A stretch of 64,000 nt of DNA. Source: Verrucomicrobiota bacterium (GTDB taxonomy: Bacteria > Verrucomicrobiota > Verrucomicrobiia > Limisphaerales > Palsa-1400). Position numbers and translations under genes: made by a program. Positions within the stretch are counted from its first letter, which is position 1. Each line of letters begins with the position of its first letter. The stretch is from NCBI GenBank assembly GCA_049510745.1, contig JBEKYR010000025.1, positions 1,371 through 65,370 of the forward strand, written 5' to 3'. The notes under the pieces were generated by a model. The model saw only the letters and a program-made list of their open reading frames with translations, searched no databases and was not told the origin of the DNA. Shown here in pieces: positions 1 to 7,230 of the stretch.

Positions 1-808
1 GATAACACAGGTAATTCGGTGTCAGGGACGATAATGTGACGATGTTGCTGTTCGCCACCATCCATTCATAGACATCGTCATCATAACCATCGGCGATATA
101 AACGTTGCCAGTACCATCCACCCCAACACCCGATGGAGAATGCAATTCCGACGAGACCAGCGTTGTTACATTGCCACTGACTACGCTCCATTCTTTGATG
201 GCGTTATTACCTGAATCGGCAATGTAAACATTTCCCAACCGATCTACAGCGACAGTGTAGGGACCGCTCAACCCAGAGGAGACCAGTGTAGTCAGGGTGT
301 TGCTGGCTACCACCCACTTCCTGATAGCATTGTTGCCACTGTCAGCGATGTAAACATTGCCAGCTCCGTCTACTGCTACGCCATGCGGGTTCGATAATCC
401 CGAGGATACCAACGTCGTCAGAGATTGAGCGGGGACATACGTCGAACCAGCTTGGGTGATGGTGAGGATCTGGCCGCTAATGTCCAGGGTTGCAGAGCGG
501 GTCAGACCAGGATTGGCATCGAAACCAAACGCGACATTCGCGCTGCCGGTGCCACCCTGGCTGGCCGCGCTCAAATGCAACCAAGCAGCGTTTGCGCCGG
601 CCGTCCATGTGCCTGTTGCGGGCGACACCGCGAGTACTACGCTGTTGTTTCCGCCAGTTGGCCCAACCACAATCGAGGCCGTGCCCAGCGAATAAGTCAC
701 CGTTTGCGCCTGGGCAACCGTGAAACTCAACGATACCACTAGGGCACAACAATAGAAACAGCGTCGGACCTGATCGCGAAGACCGCCGAAGGGCGATTCG
801 GTGTTCAT
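1..808 (-). CDS. Secreted BACON-like + NHL-repeat beta-propeller protein (N-terminus present, C-terminal part runs off the window)
   Basis: Not in the ORF track because it has no stop inside the window. My reverse-strand translation from ATG at 808 (in-frame alternative at 820) gives MNTESPFGG..CFYCCALVVSLSFTVAQA (signal-like). This is followed by GTGSANVAFGFDANPGLTRSATLDISGQILTITQAG (BACON-like) and repeated NHL-type units GVAVDGAGNVYIADSGNNAIRKW / YTVAVDRLGNVYIADSGNNAIKEW / GVGVDGTGNVYIADG. Confidence 0.7.
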   Translation of the reverse strand, partial: MNTESPFGGLRDQVRRCFYCCALVVSLSFTVAQAQTVTYSLGTASIVVGPTGGNNSVVLAVSPATGTWTAGANAAWLHLSAASQGGTGSANVAFGFDANPGLTRSATLDISGQILTITQAGSTYVPAQSLTTLVSSGLSNPHGVAVDGAGNVYIADSGNNAIRKWVVASNTLTTLVSSGLSGPYTVAVDRLGNVYIADSGNNAIKEWSVVSGNVTTLVSSELHSPSGVGVDGTGNVYIADGYDDDVYEWMVANSNIVTLSSLTPNYLCY

Positions 809-879
809 TGTATTAGTCATTTCTGCCCCCAAGTAAGCGAGGCTTTAGCGACAAGCATTTGATACTGGGTGAATGTCCT

Positions 880-1032
880 ATTGCAAGACATTTATGTCAG
901 CGGTCACTCAAAACTGGTTGGTCCAACCGGCGGATTGCGCGTGAACTGGGTGTCCACCGGGAGACGGTGGGCAAGTGTCTGCTGCTGGCACGGTCAAAAC
1001 CAGCCATTTCGACCCCCCGGCTCCGATTCTGA
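880..1032 (+). pseudogene. IS21-like (IstA-type) transposase N-terminal HTH remnant
   Basis: The frame ending at TGA 1030-1032 reads ..LKTGWSNRRIARELGVHRETVGKCLLLARSKP. This matches the W-S-x-R-x-IAR-x-L-x-V-x-R-x-TV-x-K-x-L pattern of IstA N-termini. There is no plausible start and no catalytic domain follows. Confidence 0.3.
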
Positions 1033-1191
1033 CCCAGGTTCAAAACGGACGGTTTTTCGATGCTCTCCCTCAACCTCTCCATCACCACGGCCAACCCAGA
1101 CCAGCCTCTCCTCACCTTTCCATTCTCTTCAACCAGGTCATCTTGAGGCTTCAACCGGCCCTCATTTCAACCCGACGCTGACTGAAGCAGT

Positions 1192-1446
1192 TTAACCCCC
1201 TTCCACCCCCCTCACACCGCTCCCATCCACCCCAGGCAAATCATTTCTCAAAGCCACGTTGAACTCCTCCCTAATCAACGGCGCCACCACAGCCTTGAAC
1301 TCAGGGCGTTTGATGTCGGGCAACTCACGCTGCTTCAACAAACAGCGGAAAACAGCATACGCATCGGCCAATCTCAAAATCTCCCCAGGTTCGCTGGTCA
1401 GAAGATCATCAACGAACCTCCTCGCATTCCTCGCCGATTCGACCAT
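1192..1446 (-). CDS. Small hypothetical ORF; resembles the extreme C-terminal tail of P4-type phage/plasmid primases (possible remnant)
   Basis: 84-aa ORF with ATG at 1446. The pattern FVDDLL..EPG..L.LADAYAVFRCLLKQRELPDIKRPEFKAVVAPLIREEFNV..R......G.RG is reminiscent of primase C-terminal regions. It stands alone, with no helicase or primase domain upstream. Confidence 0.35.
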   Translation of the reverse strand: MVESARNARRFVDDLLTSEPGEILRLADAYAVFRCLLKQRELPDIKRPEFKAVVAPLIREEFNVALRNDLPGVDGSGVRGVEGG

Positions 1447-1454
1447 GCACCGGC

Positions 1455-1565
1455 TTTGACTGGGGGATCAAAACATCACGCTGAAGACCCTGGAACCCCT
1501 CTGCGACAGGTTCAAAGTTTCGGTGGGGAGATTTTTGAGGATTGAGCCGGGGCAATCTCGCAACC
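1455..1565. repeat. Intergenic repeat family A, copy 1 (core GAGGATTGAGCCGGnnCAATCTC)
   Basis: Shares the core ttgaggattgagccggggcaatctc, plus flanking ...aacccct..acag / ggatcaa blocks, with 2480-2560. The core can fold as GAGATT..AATCTC. Confidence 0.6.
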
Positions 1566-1606
1566 GAATTGATCGGATTTTGAACAGCCTCTCTGAAAAA
1601 GCACGG

Positions 1607-2365
1607 CTACAAATTGGCCTTCACCCATGCCGCCATCAATTCATTGGTTCCTGAGTTCCACGCTTTTTGATACAGCTTGCGGCTAACCTCCAGCCAATTC
1701 GTTCCTTCCACGTTCTCTGTGCCGCCTGCAGCCATATATTCTTCCCGCGTCGTGCTTTGAATCCGCGCATATTTGCCAACCCACGTAACATCATAGAGCG
1801 TCGCGGTTAACGACTTCTCAATCTGCCCAGGGGTGGGTTGCTTCTCGCTGCGATGGTCCACACCCTTGATCTTGACCGTGACACCGTCCCTAAAACAATA
1901 AACCTCGTTGATGCCGTTGGCCGGCAGAATATCCTCATAAACAATCCCCCGCACTGGAAATTGTCCACCCGATTGCCAAATGATGAAATCCGCCAGCTTT
2001 TTAAGATCATTGGTCGTGGCGGAACCTTTCACAGAGATACAGGCTTTGACCATCCAACGCGCCAAACGATGCGCATCCGGATCGAGCAAAATGACCACGG
2101 CGGTTTTATTTGTGTTGAGCGCCTTATCCAGCACGGAGTAAGTGCATTGCATAGTCGGAAAGCCTTCCCATCCAGACACCACCACTGGCTTTGGATTGGC
2201 TTCCATGTAACGCGCCTGTGCTAGTCGGGGAGCCAGTTCCGCCGCCAACTTTTCAATCATCGGCGACGAATTTGTGATGGACGCAATGTCCTCAGCTCTG
2301 GTTGTTAAGAGCATGGCCCAAACAGCCACGCCCACGAGCACGTATTTCAGGGTCCGCACCATCAT
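1607..2365 (-). CDS. Secreted hypothetical protein
   Basis: 252-aa ORF with ATG-ATG start. N-terminal signal peptide MMVRTLKYVLVGVAVWAMLLTTRAED. No family recognised. Confidence 0.7.
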   Translation of the reverse strand: MMVRTLKYVLVGVAVWAMLLTTRAEDIASITNSSPMIEKLAAELAPRLAQARYMEANPKPVVVSGWEGFPTMQCTYSVLDKALNTNKTAVVILLDPDAHRLARWMVKACISVKGSATTNDLKKLADFIIWQSGGQFPVRGIVYEDILPANGINEVYCFRDGVTVKIKGVDHRSEKQPTPGQIEKSLTATLYDVTWVGKYARIQSTTREEYMAAGGTENVEGTNWLEVSRKLYQKAWNSGTNELMAAWVKANL

Positions 2366-2479
2366 CTCTGATTTTGGCTAAATTCCGGCTTTTTGCGAGC
2401 CTTTTCCCCGACCCAATCTCAAACCTCAATGACCCTGCCGGCTGCGATGTTTAGTGCAGGACATTTTTTCGCCACACCA

Positions 2480-2560
2480 TTGAGGAAAGCGGATCAACCC
2501 CTACAGATGCTCGATCTCGGAGTTTGGAGGATTGAGCCGGACCAATCTCCTTTGTGCGGG
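2480..2560. repeat. Intergenic repeat family A, copy 2
   Basis: ggagtttggaggattgagccggaccaatctcc. Like copy 1, it lies upstream of a minus-strand start (2365 here, 1446 for copy 1). Confidence 0.6.
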
Positions 2561-2756
2561 AGGGTTGAGCTGATTGCGGACGAAAGGGGAATATTGCAGG
2601 ACTGGGCTGGGTTGGTGAGCGGGATGAATGGGGAATACCAAACCGCTTCCCCTGATCGTTCTTCAAAGCCTTCTCCATGACCTTGTCGCCTTGTCACCCC
2701 TTTCCAGTTAATGCACTTGTTTCATTAAAACAATCTGTCAAAATCCGGGAGCAAAC

Positions 2757-3000
2757 TTGCAGTCAAGGGCGGAACAGAACAAATTACACCCGGTTCAATG
2801 GACGCGCCGCTCGTTTTGCGCGCGGGCATTGGCTGGGACGGCGGTCGGGGTGGTGGCAAGGGCGCTGGAAGGTGCAAGTGAGGCGGAAGGCAACAGCCAG
2901 ACGGGTTTTATACTGGGAGATCTTCACGCGATGGAAGCAACGGCAGCGGCCTTTATGCAAAAGTCTCACCTGCCGGGGATGTCCGTCGCAATTGCAAGGA
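2757..3000 (+). pseudogene. Truncated serine hydrolase (beta-lactamase-family) N-terminal fragment with Tat-like signal
   Basis: The ORF at 2757..3041 reads ..TRRSFCARALAGTAVGVVA.. (twin-arginine signal), then DLHAMEATAAAFMQKSHLPGMSVAIARK, the typical segment preceding the SxxK motif. The ORF ends before any SxxK, where repeat family B begins. Confidence 0.4.
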
Positions 3001-3038
3001 AAACAAAAATGCGGTCGGCACGCTTCCTGCGTTGCTCA

Positions 3039-3130
3039 TAATTGCGTGTCTCACCAACCCGCGTGTGCGGTTTGGGCGGAGTCTGGATAAGCTCAATATC
3101 TGGACTCCGTTTCGTTTTTGCCCATGTCAC
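3039..3130. repeat. Intergenic repeat family B, copy 1 (about 90 bp, palindromic core CCAAnCCGCGTGTGCGGTTTGG)
   Basis: taattgcgtgtctcaccaacccgcgtgtgcggtttgggcggagtctggataagctcaatatctggactccgtttcgtttttgcc aligns with 3267-3362. Confidence 0.8.
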
Positions 3131-3266
3131 TCACGTGAAATGGGCATGGTTCCCGCCCTTCTCCCAATGACGTGTTTCACCGTGGCCTAAGCTGAATCCA
3201 AGGTTTTTCCCAACGGCGGCAGGGAAAGACCTAGTGGCGGGCAGGTCTCCCCGGGCGTATAGGGGT

Positions 3267-3362
3267 AATTGCGAGTCTCACCAAACCGCGTGTGCGGTTT
3301 GGGCGGGGTCCAGATATGCTCAATTCAACATTTGGACTCCGTTCCCTTTTTAGCCGTGTCGC
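3267..3362. repeat. Intergenic repeat family B, copy 2
   Basis: taattgcgagtctcaccaaaccgcgtgtgcggtttgggcggggtccagatatgctcaattcaacatttggactccgttccctttttagcc. The core hairpin is CCAAACCGC-gtgt-GCGGTTTGG. Confidence 0.8.
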
Positions 3363-3628
3363 CTTTCGTTCCATTGGGTTCCCCAGCGCGCTTGACGGCG
3401 GCGCCGTAGGCGCGGGCGCTGCGCGTGAGTGCCGCCAGTCGCGGCGGCTGAGAGCAACAGATGCACCGTCTGAAATCGTGAATGTTGGTTTAGTTAACTC
3501 TTGGCGGTTTAATTAACACTTTTGGCGGGCGAGATTTGGGCGGATGGCGGCAGGGTTTAAATTGCATCATGTTTGATTTCAGCAACTTACAGTGGATCCA
3601 TCCAACTCCGGGTTCCCTTGGCTCAAGA

Positions 3629-4006
3629 TCAGGAGTACTTGTTGAAAACCCGGTTCGGCGCTTGCACGTACGAGGAGCGGACGCGGCGCAAATTGAAAAG
3701 GGCTTGCTCCAGCAGGACTTTTTTCTCCTGCGCTCTGCGTTTGCGCGCGGCCAACAGCTCGCTGTGATGCGTCTCCAAGGCGAGCAGTTGGTTGACTTCG
3801 TCGCGGAACGGGTGCGTGTCGGCTTCGTCGGGGTTTTTCGCCCGCCATTGGGCAATGGCCTCGGCCAGCGGCGCTCTCAACTCGGCTTTCGACTCCTGGA
3901 TTTTTCCCAGGGCAGTCAGGTCGGCGGCGTGGATGGCCTCGCCTTCGGCATGGGTCTTCTCCAGCCACTGTTTGAGAATTGCGGCGATGCGCTGACGGGG
4001 TTCCAT
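3629..4006 (-). CDS. FlgN-like flagellar export chaperone (tentative)
   Basis: 125-aa helical ORF immediately downstream of fliS (3-nt gap). The assignment rests on size, helical character and position after flgM/fliS; I see no strong motif. Confidence 0.45.
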   Translation of the reverse strand: MEPRQRIAAILKQWLEKTHAEGEAIHAADLTALGKIQESKAELRAPLAEAIAQWRAKNPDEADTHPFRDEVNQLLALETHHSELLAARKRRAQEKKVLLEQALFNLRRVRSSYVQAPNRVFNKYS

Positions 4007-4009
4007 AGG

Positions 4010-4450
4010 TCAGGCGGCGGCGGCTTCGAGGGATTCCGTGGCGGTGGCGGCGCGGCTTTCGCCGCCGTTGTGGAGCATTTCGGCCCAGCTATCCCGCAAC
4101 ACGCGCAGGCGCATGATCGTCTCTTCGATCGGTTCCCGCTGCTTGCGGCGGTTGGCGTCGCGCAACCGGCAGTAGAAATAGTTGTAAAGGCGCCGGAAAT
4201 TGGCGGAAACCTCCCCGCCCGCCTCCATATTGAGGGTGGCGTTCATTTCGTGAATGATGGCCTGCGCCCGCAAAATGTTATTATTAATCGTCTGGTTGAA
4301 GGCCAGGGGGTCGGTGTGGCCAAAACCAGTCAGGGCCTTTTCCAGAAACCCAATCGCCCCATCGTAAAGCATCAGGACCAGTTGGCCGGGAGTGGCGGTT
4401 TGCGTGGCGACCCTCCGGTAGGATTCCCACGGCTTATTACGTTGCATCAT
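4010..4450 (-). CDS. fliS: Flagellar export chaperone FliS
   Basis: 146 aa. The segments ..TATPGQLVLMLYDGAIGFLEKA..NNNILRAQAIIHEMNATLNMEAGGEVSANFRRLYNYFYCRLRDAN...LRVLRDSWAEM follow the FliS pattern (LYDGai, GGEia.nL..LY.Y, lreaW). Confidence 0.85.
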   Translation of the reverse strand: MMQRNKPWESYRRVATQTATPGQLVLMLYDGAIGFLEKALTGFGHTDPLAFNQTINNNILRAQAIIHEMNATLNMEAGGEVSANFRRLYNYFYCRLRDANRRKQREPIEETIMRLRVLRDSWAEMLHNGGESRAATATESLEAAAA

Positions 4451-4471
4451 AAGAGGCTGTCGGTGAACAAC

Positions 4472-4741
4472 TTACTGATTTTCTGCGGACAGGCTTTTGG
4501 CCAATTGCCAGGACAACGCGGTGAGAGTGTCACCCGAAGGATAATTGGGGTCTGCGATAAGAGACTGGGCCCGCGCGACCATTTCAGGGCGGCTGGCGGG
4601 GGTGTTTTGCAAAGCTTGTTCCAAGGCCGAGGAGTTTGCAAGAGAGACGCGATCCGAAAGCATGTTGGGTGTGGGCGCGGTACGTTTTCCCCCAATGGCC
4701 CCGTTTACGCCCGTTGTGCTCAGATTTGTATTGATTTCCAT
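4472..4741 (-). CDS. flgM: Anti-sigma-28 factor FlgM-like protein
   Basis: 89 aa. DRVSLANSSALEQAL......RPEMVARAQSLIADPNYPSGDTLTALSWQLA resembles the FlgM C-terminal region (d.V.LS...ekV..ik.aI..G.Y.vd...iA.kl). Confidence 0.65.
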   Translation of the reverse strand: MEINTNLSTTGVNGAIGGKRTAPTPNMLSDRVSLANSSALEQALQNTPASRPEMVARAQSLIADPNYPSGDTLTALSWQLAKSLSAENQ

Positions 4742-4827
4742 ATTAACAACTCGTTGGACCTATCACGCGATTGTCTGCCACTTTTATATCGGCTGGCGGG
4801 CCAAAAACTTTAGGGCGGTTTCGCAAT

Positions 4828-5523
4828 CTATCTTCGCGGCAGGGTGGTCAAAAGGGCGTGCAATGTGTATTGGCCAAACCGGCTGGGCGAACTGAGGATG
4901 GCGTTGGGGTCCGGCAGCGGCGACTGGGTGGTGATATGCTCGGCTTCGTAAGCGCGGGCCGCGTTGGCCACCGCCCCGTCCCCGGCGTCGAAAACCTCGT
5001 TCGCCTGCCAGTAAATCACGTGGTCCTTGTTAAAAACGAGGGTCAATTTCCATCCCACCGCCACGGGCTGATAGGGTTGATAACGGGTCAACTGATTGAA
5101 GAAAACGGCATGACACCCGGTTTCCTCTTGCAGGCGATCAAAGAAATCGGGCGGCAATTGGTCTTCGGACTTCCAGACGCCCTGGCCGGTCCAACGGCGC
5201 AGTTGCTCGGGCGTGACCACAATCACCTCGAACCGCTTGGCCTTCTCCAATTCCGCCCGCAGCAGCGGTTGCAACGAATCCACTCCCGCCTGAAAGGTTT
5301 CCGTGGGCAACAGCGGCGCCATCGGCAGGAGCGCGACGCGTTTGACCTCGGGATCGAGCATCGGGCCTTTGCTGTAGATATTGGATGGCTGGTAGCGAGC
5401 TTCCAGGGGAAGACGGGCCGGGCGGGATTGGCAGCCCGACAACACCAAAGGCAGGGCCAGACCCGGCAAAAACCGGGCCAGCCAACGCCGGCGCGCTCGG
5501 AAAAGCTCGAACAATCCTGTCAT
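4828..5523 (-). CDS. Lipoprotein, unknown function
   Basis: The ORF track extends to 5682, but the internal ATG at 5523 gives MTGLFELFRARRRWLARFLPGLALPLVLSGCQS, a signal peptide with a lipobox (LSGC). Confidence 0.7.
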   Translation of the reverse strand: MTGLFELFRARRRWLARFLPGLALPLVLSGCQSRPARLPLEARYQPSNIYSKGPMLDPEVKRVALLPMAPLLPTETFQAGVDSLQPLLRAELEKAKRFEVIVVTPEQLRRWTGQGVWKSEDQLPPDFFDRLQEETGCHAVFFNQLTRYQPYQPVAVGWKLTLVFNKDHVIYWQANEVFDAGDGAVANAARAYEAEHITTQSPLPDPNAILSSPSRFGQYTLHALLTTLPRR

Positions 5524-5704
5524 TCTGCTCCCTAACATACACAATATCGGCGGAAGGGGGAGAAAACATAAGCCAAAAAAACCTGCCTTATACCAAAGAT
5601 CCGCGTTGCACAGGGTTTCCCGCCCCGGCGAGCCGTTGCGCATGGAAAGCGGCACGGCGCGGTTTCGCATTGTGCTCACCACAGGGCACTGGGAGTGACC
5701 TCTT

Positions 5705-6811
5705 TTACCGGCCCACCACGAGTATATCGAGGAATCCAGGCCCGCCGCGTCCCCCGCGCCGTTCGCCAGCCGGCCGTTCCGCGTTGGCCGGAGTATTGGT
5801 GGCGGGGGCGGTCCCGCCCGCGCTGGCCGCGGGAGCCGGCGCCCGCTCCGTGGCGATCAAAATAATCTGGTTCTTCTTCGTGTCCAACGTGCAGGTTTTG
5901 GCGCCCTGCTTGGTTTGCACGGTCTGTTCCACCTCAAAACTGGTCGGGCTGTTTTCCTTGATGATGGTCAGCGTGCCGTCGCGCTGGGAACTGAAGGCTT
6001 CCATGGTCTTGGGATTGAAACCGCCGCTATCGGTGCCGTTGCCGATGGGCAGGGTGGCGAGGATTTTTCCGTCGTCGGCGCTGAGGACGACGCACGTTGC
6101 CGGTTCGTGGCACATGGCGAAGAGAATGTGGTTCTTCACATCCAGACCAAGGCCGCCCGGCCCGCCGCCCTTGCCGGCCAGGTCGTAGTGCGCCGTCACC
6201 TTGAGAGTTTTGACGTCAACGACGGCGATGCTGTCTTTGTCCTCGAGGTCAACGTAAAGACGGCCCTGTTCGTCGCTGGCGGCTTGTTCCGGCGCGCCGC
6301 CCAGGTCAATCGTGCCGACGATGGAGCCGTCCTTGGGGTCGAGCAGCGTGGCGTTGGGCTGGCTGTGGCTGAAAACATAGACCCGTTCGGAGGCGGGTTC
6401 AAAGAGAATGCCGTCCGGCCGGCCTTGCACGGCGATTTTCTTAATCAGCGCCAGGGTCTCGGTATCAAACATGGTGACCGGGCCGCTGCTGCTGAAGCCG
6501 TGGTGGGACTTGGGGTCAACCGCAACGCCGTGCCCCCCCGCGTTGGTGATGGCGCCGACGGATTTGAGCGTGTCCAGGTCAAAGGCCAGGATCTGATTGC
6601 CGCGGGGCACATAAAGGCGGCGGCCCTCGCTGTCCGCATAGACGTAATCGATCCCGCCTGTGCCCATGGTTTGGGAGGAGTTGACGATCCTGTAAGGTTC
6701 CGCGGCTGCCGCGGTCTGGCTCGGTCCGATCGAGGCCGACATCCCTATTGCAGCCACAAACAAAACGCGTGAAAGATGATTTTGGCAGTTCATAGGGCGG
6801 CAATCTAACAT
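5705..6811 (-). CDS. YVTN-family beta-propeller repeat protein (secreted)
   Basis: 368 aa (alternative ATG at 6793 gives MNCQNHLSRVLFVAAIGMSASIG). Contains repeated blades of the type G.HGVAVDP... / RPDGILFEP..ERVYV / LGLDVKNHILFA. Confidence 0.8.
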   Translation of the reverse strand: MLDCRPMNCQNHLSRVLFVAAIGMSASIGPSQTAAAAEPYRIVNSSQTMGTGGIDYVYADSEGRRLYVPRGNQILAFDLDTLKSVGAITNAGGHGVAVDPKSHHGFSSSGPVTMFDTETLALIKKIAVQGRPDGILFEPASERVYVFSHSQPNATLLDPKDGSIVGTIDLGGAPEQAASDEQGRLYVDLEDKDSIAVVDVKTLKVTAHYDLAGKGGGPGGLGLDVKNHILFAMCHEPATCVVLSADDGKILATLPIGNGTDSGGFNPKTMEAFSSQRDGTLTIIKENSPTSFEVEQTVQTKQGAKTCTLDTKKNQIILIATERAPAPAASAGGTAPATNTPANAERPAGERRGGRGGPGFLDILVVGR

Positions 6812-6859
6812 AGGGTCATTAAAGAAACAATGACCCTGGCATGACAGTTTTGTAATGTA

Positions 6860-7087
6860 TCAGGTTGTCGGATGGCTCGTCCTGCCGGCAATCCAATCGA
6901 CCAGCAGAAAAGCGCAAACGAAGAAGGGGAAGACCCCATACAGGGTGTCGCTCGCCGAGTGAGAATGCCTGTCCACGGCCCTGAACACCGTCAGGCAGAA
7001 TAAAACAGCGAGAAAAGACACGATTGCGCCCGGAACTGACACCGGGACGTGGAACCAGCCGCAACGCTTGAACCATATTGTTTTCAT
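6860..7087 (-). CDS. Small two-TM membrane protein (hypothetical)
   Basis: 75 aa with two hydrophobic segments (AIVSFLAVLFCLTVF, VFPFFVCAFLLVDWI). No family recognised. Confidence 0.4.
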   Translation of the reverse strand: MKTIWFKRCGWFHVPVSVPGAIVSFLAVLFCLTVFRAVDRHSHSASDTLYGVFPFFVCAFLLVDWIAGRTSHPTT

Positions 7088-7230
7088 ACGTGTTTCTGAT
7101 GATGACGCGCTTCACTTTGTATTACAAAGTGAGTTCCGTCAAATCAAATCGCTCCCGCTCTCCCTGCCGGCCTCTCCACGCTGGATGGACAAATGGAAGA
7201 CCTTCGTTCACTATCGTTGCCATCAAGAAT

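Noticed and set aside
3536-4813. 425-aa plus-strand ORF spanning the flagellar chaperone region.
   Set aside because: It is antisense to fliS, flgM and the flgN-like gene, which have recognisable motifs. Its composition is Gly/Arg/Leu-rich with no motif. It is a shadow ORF.
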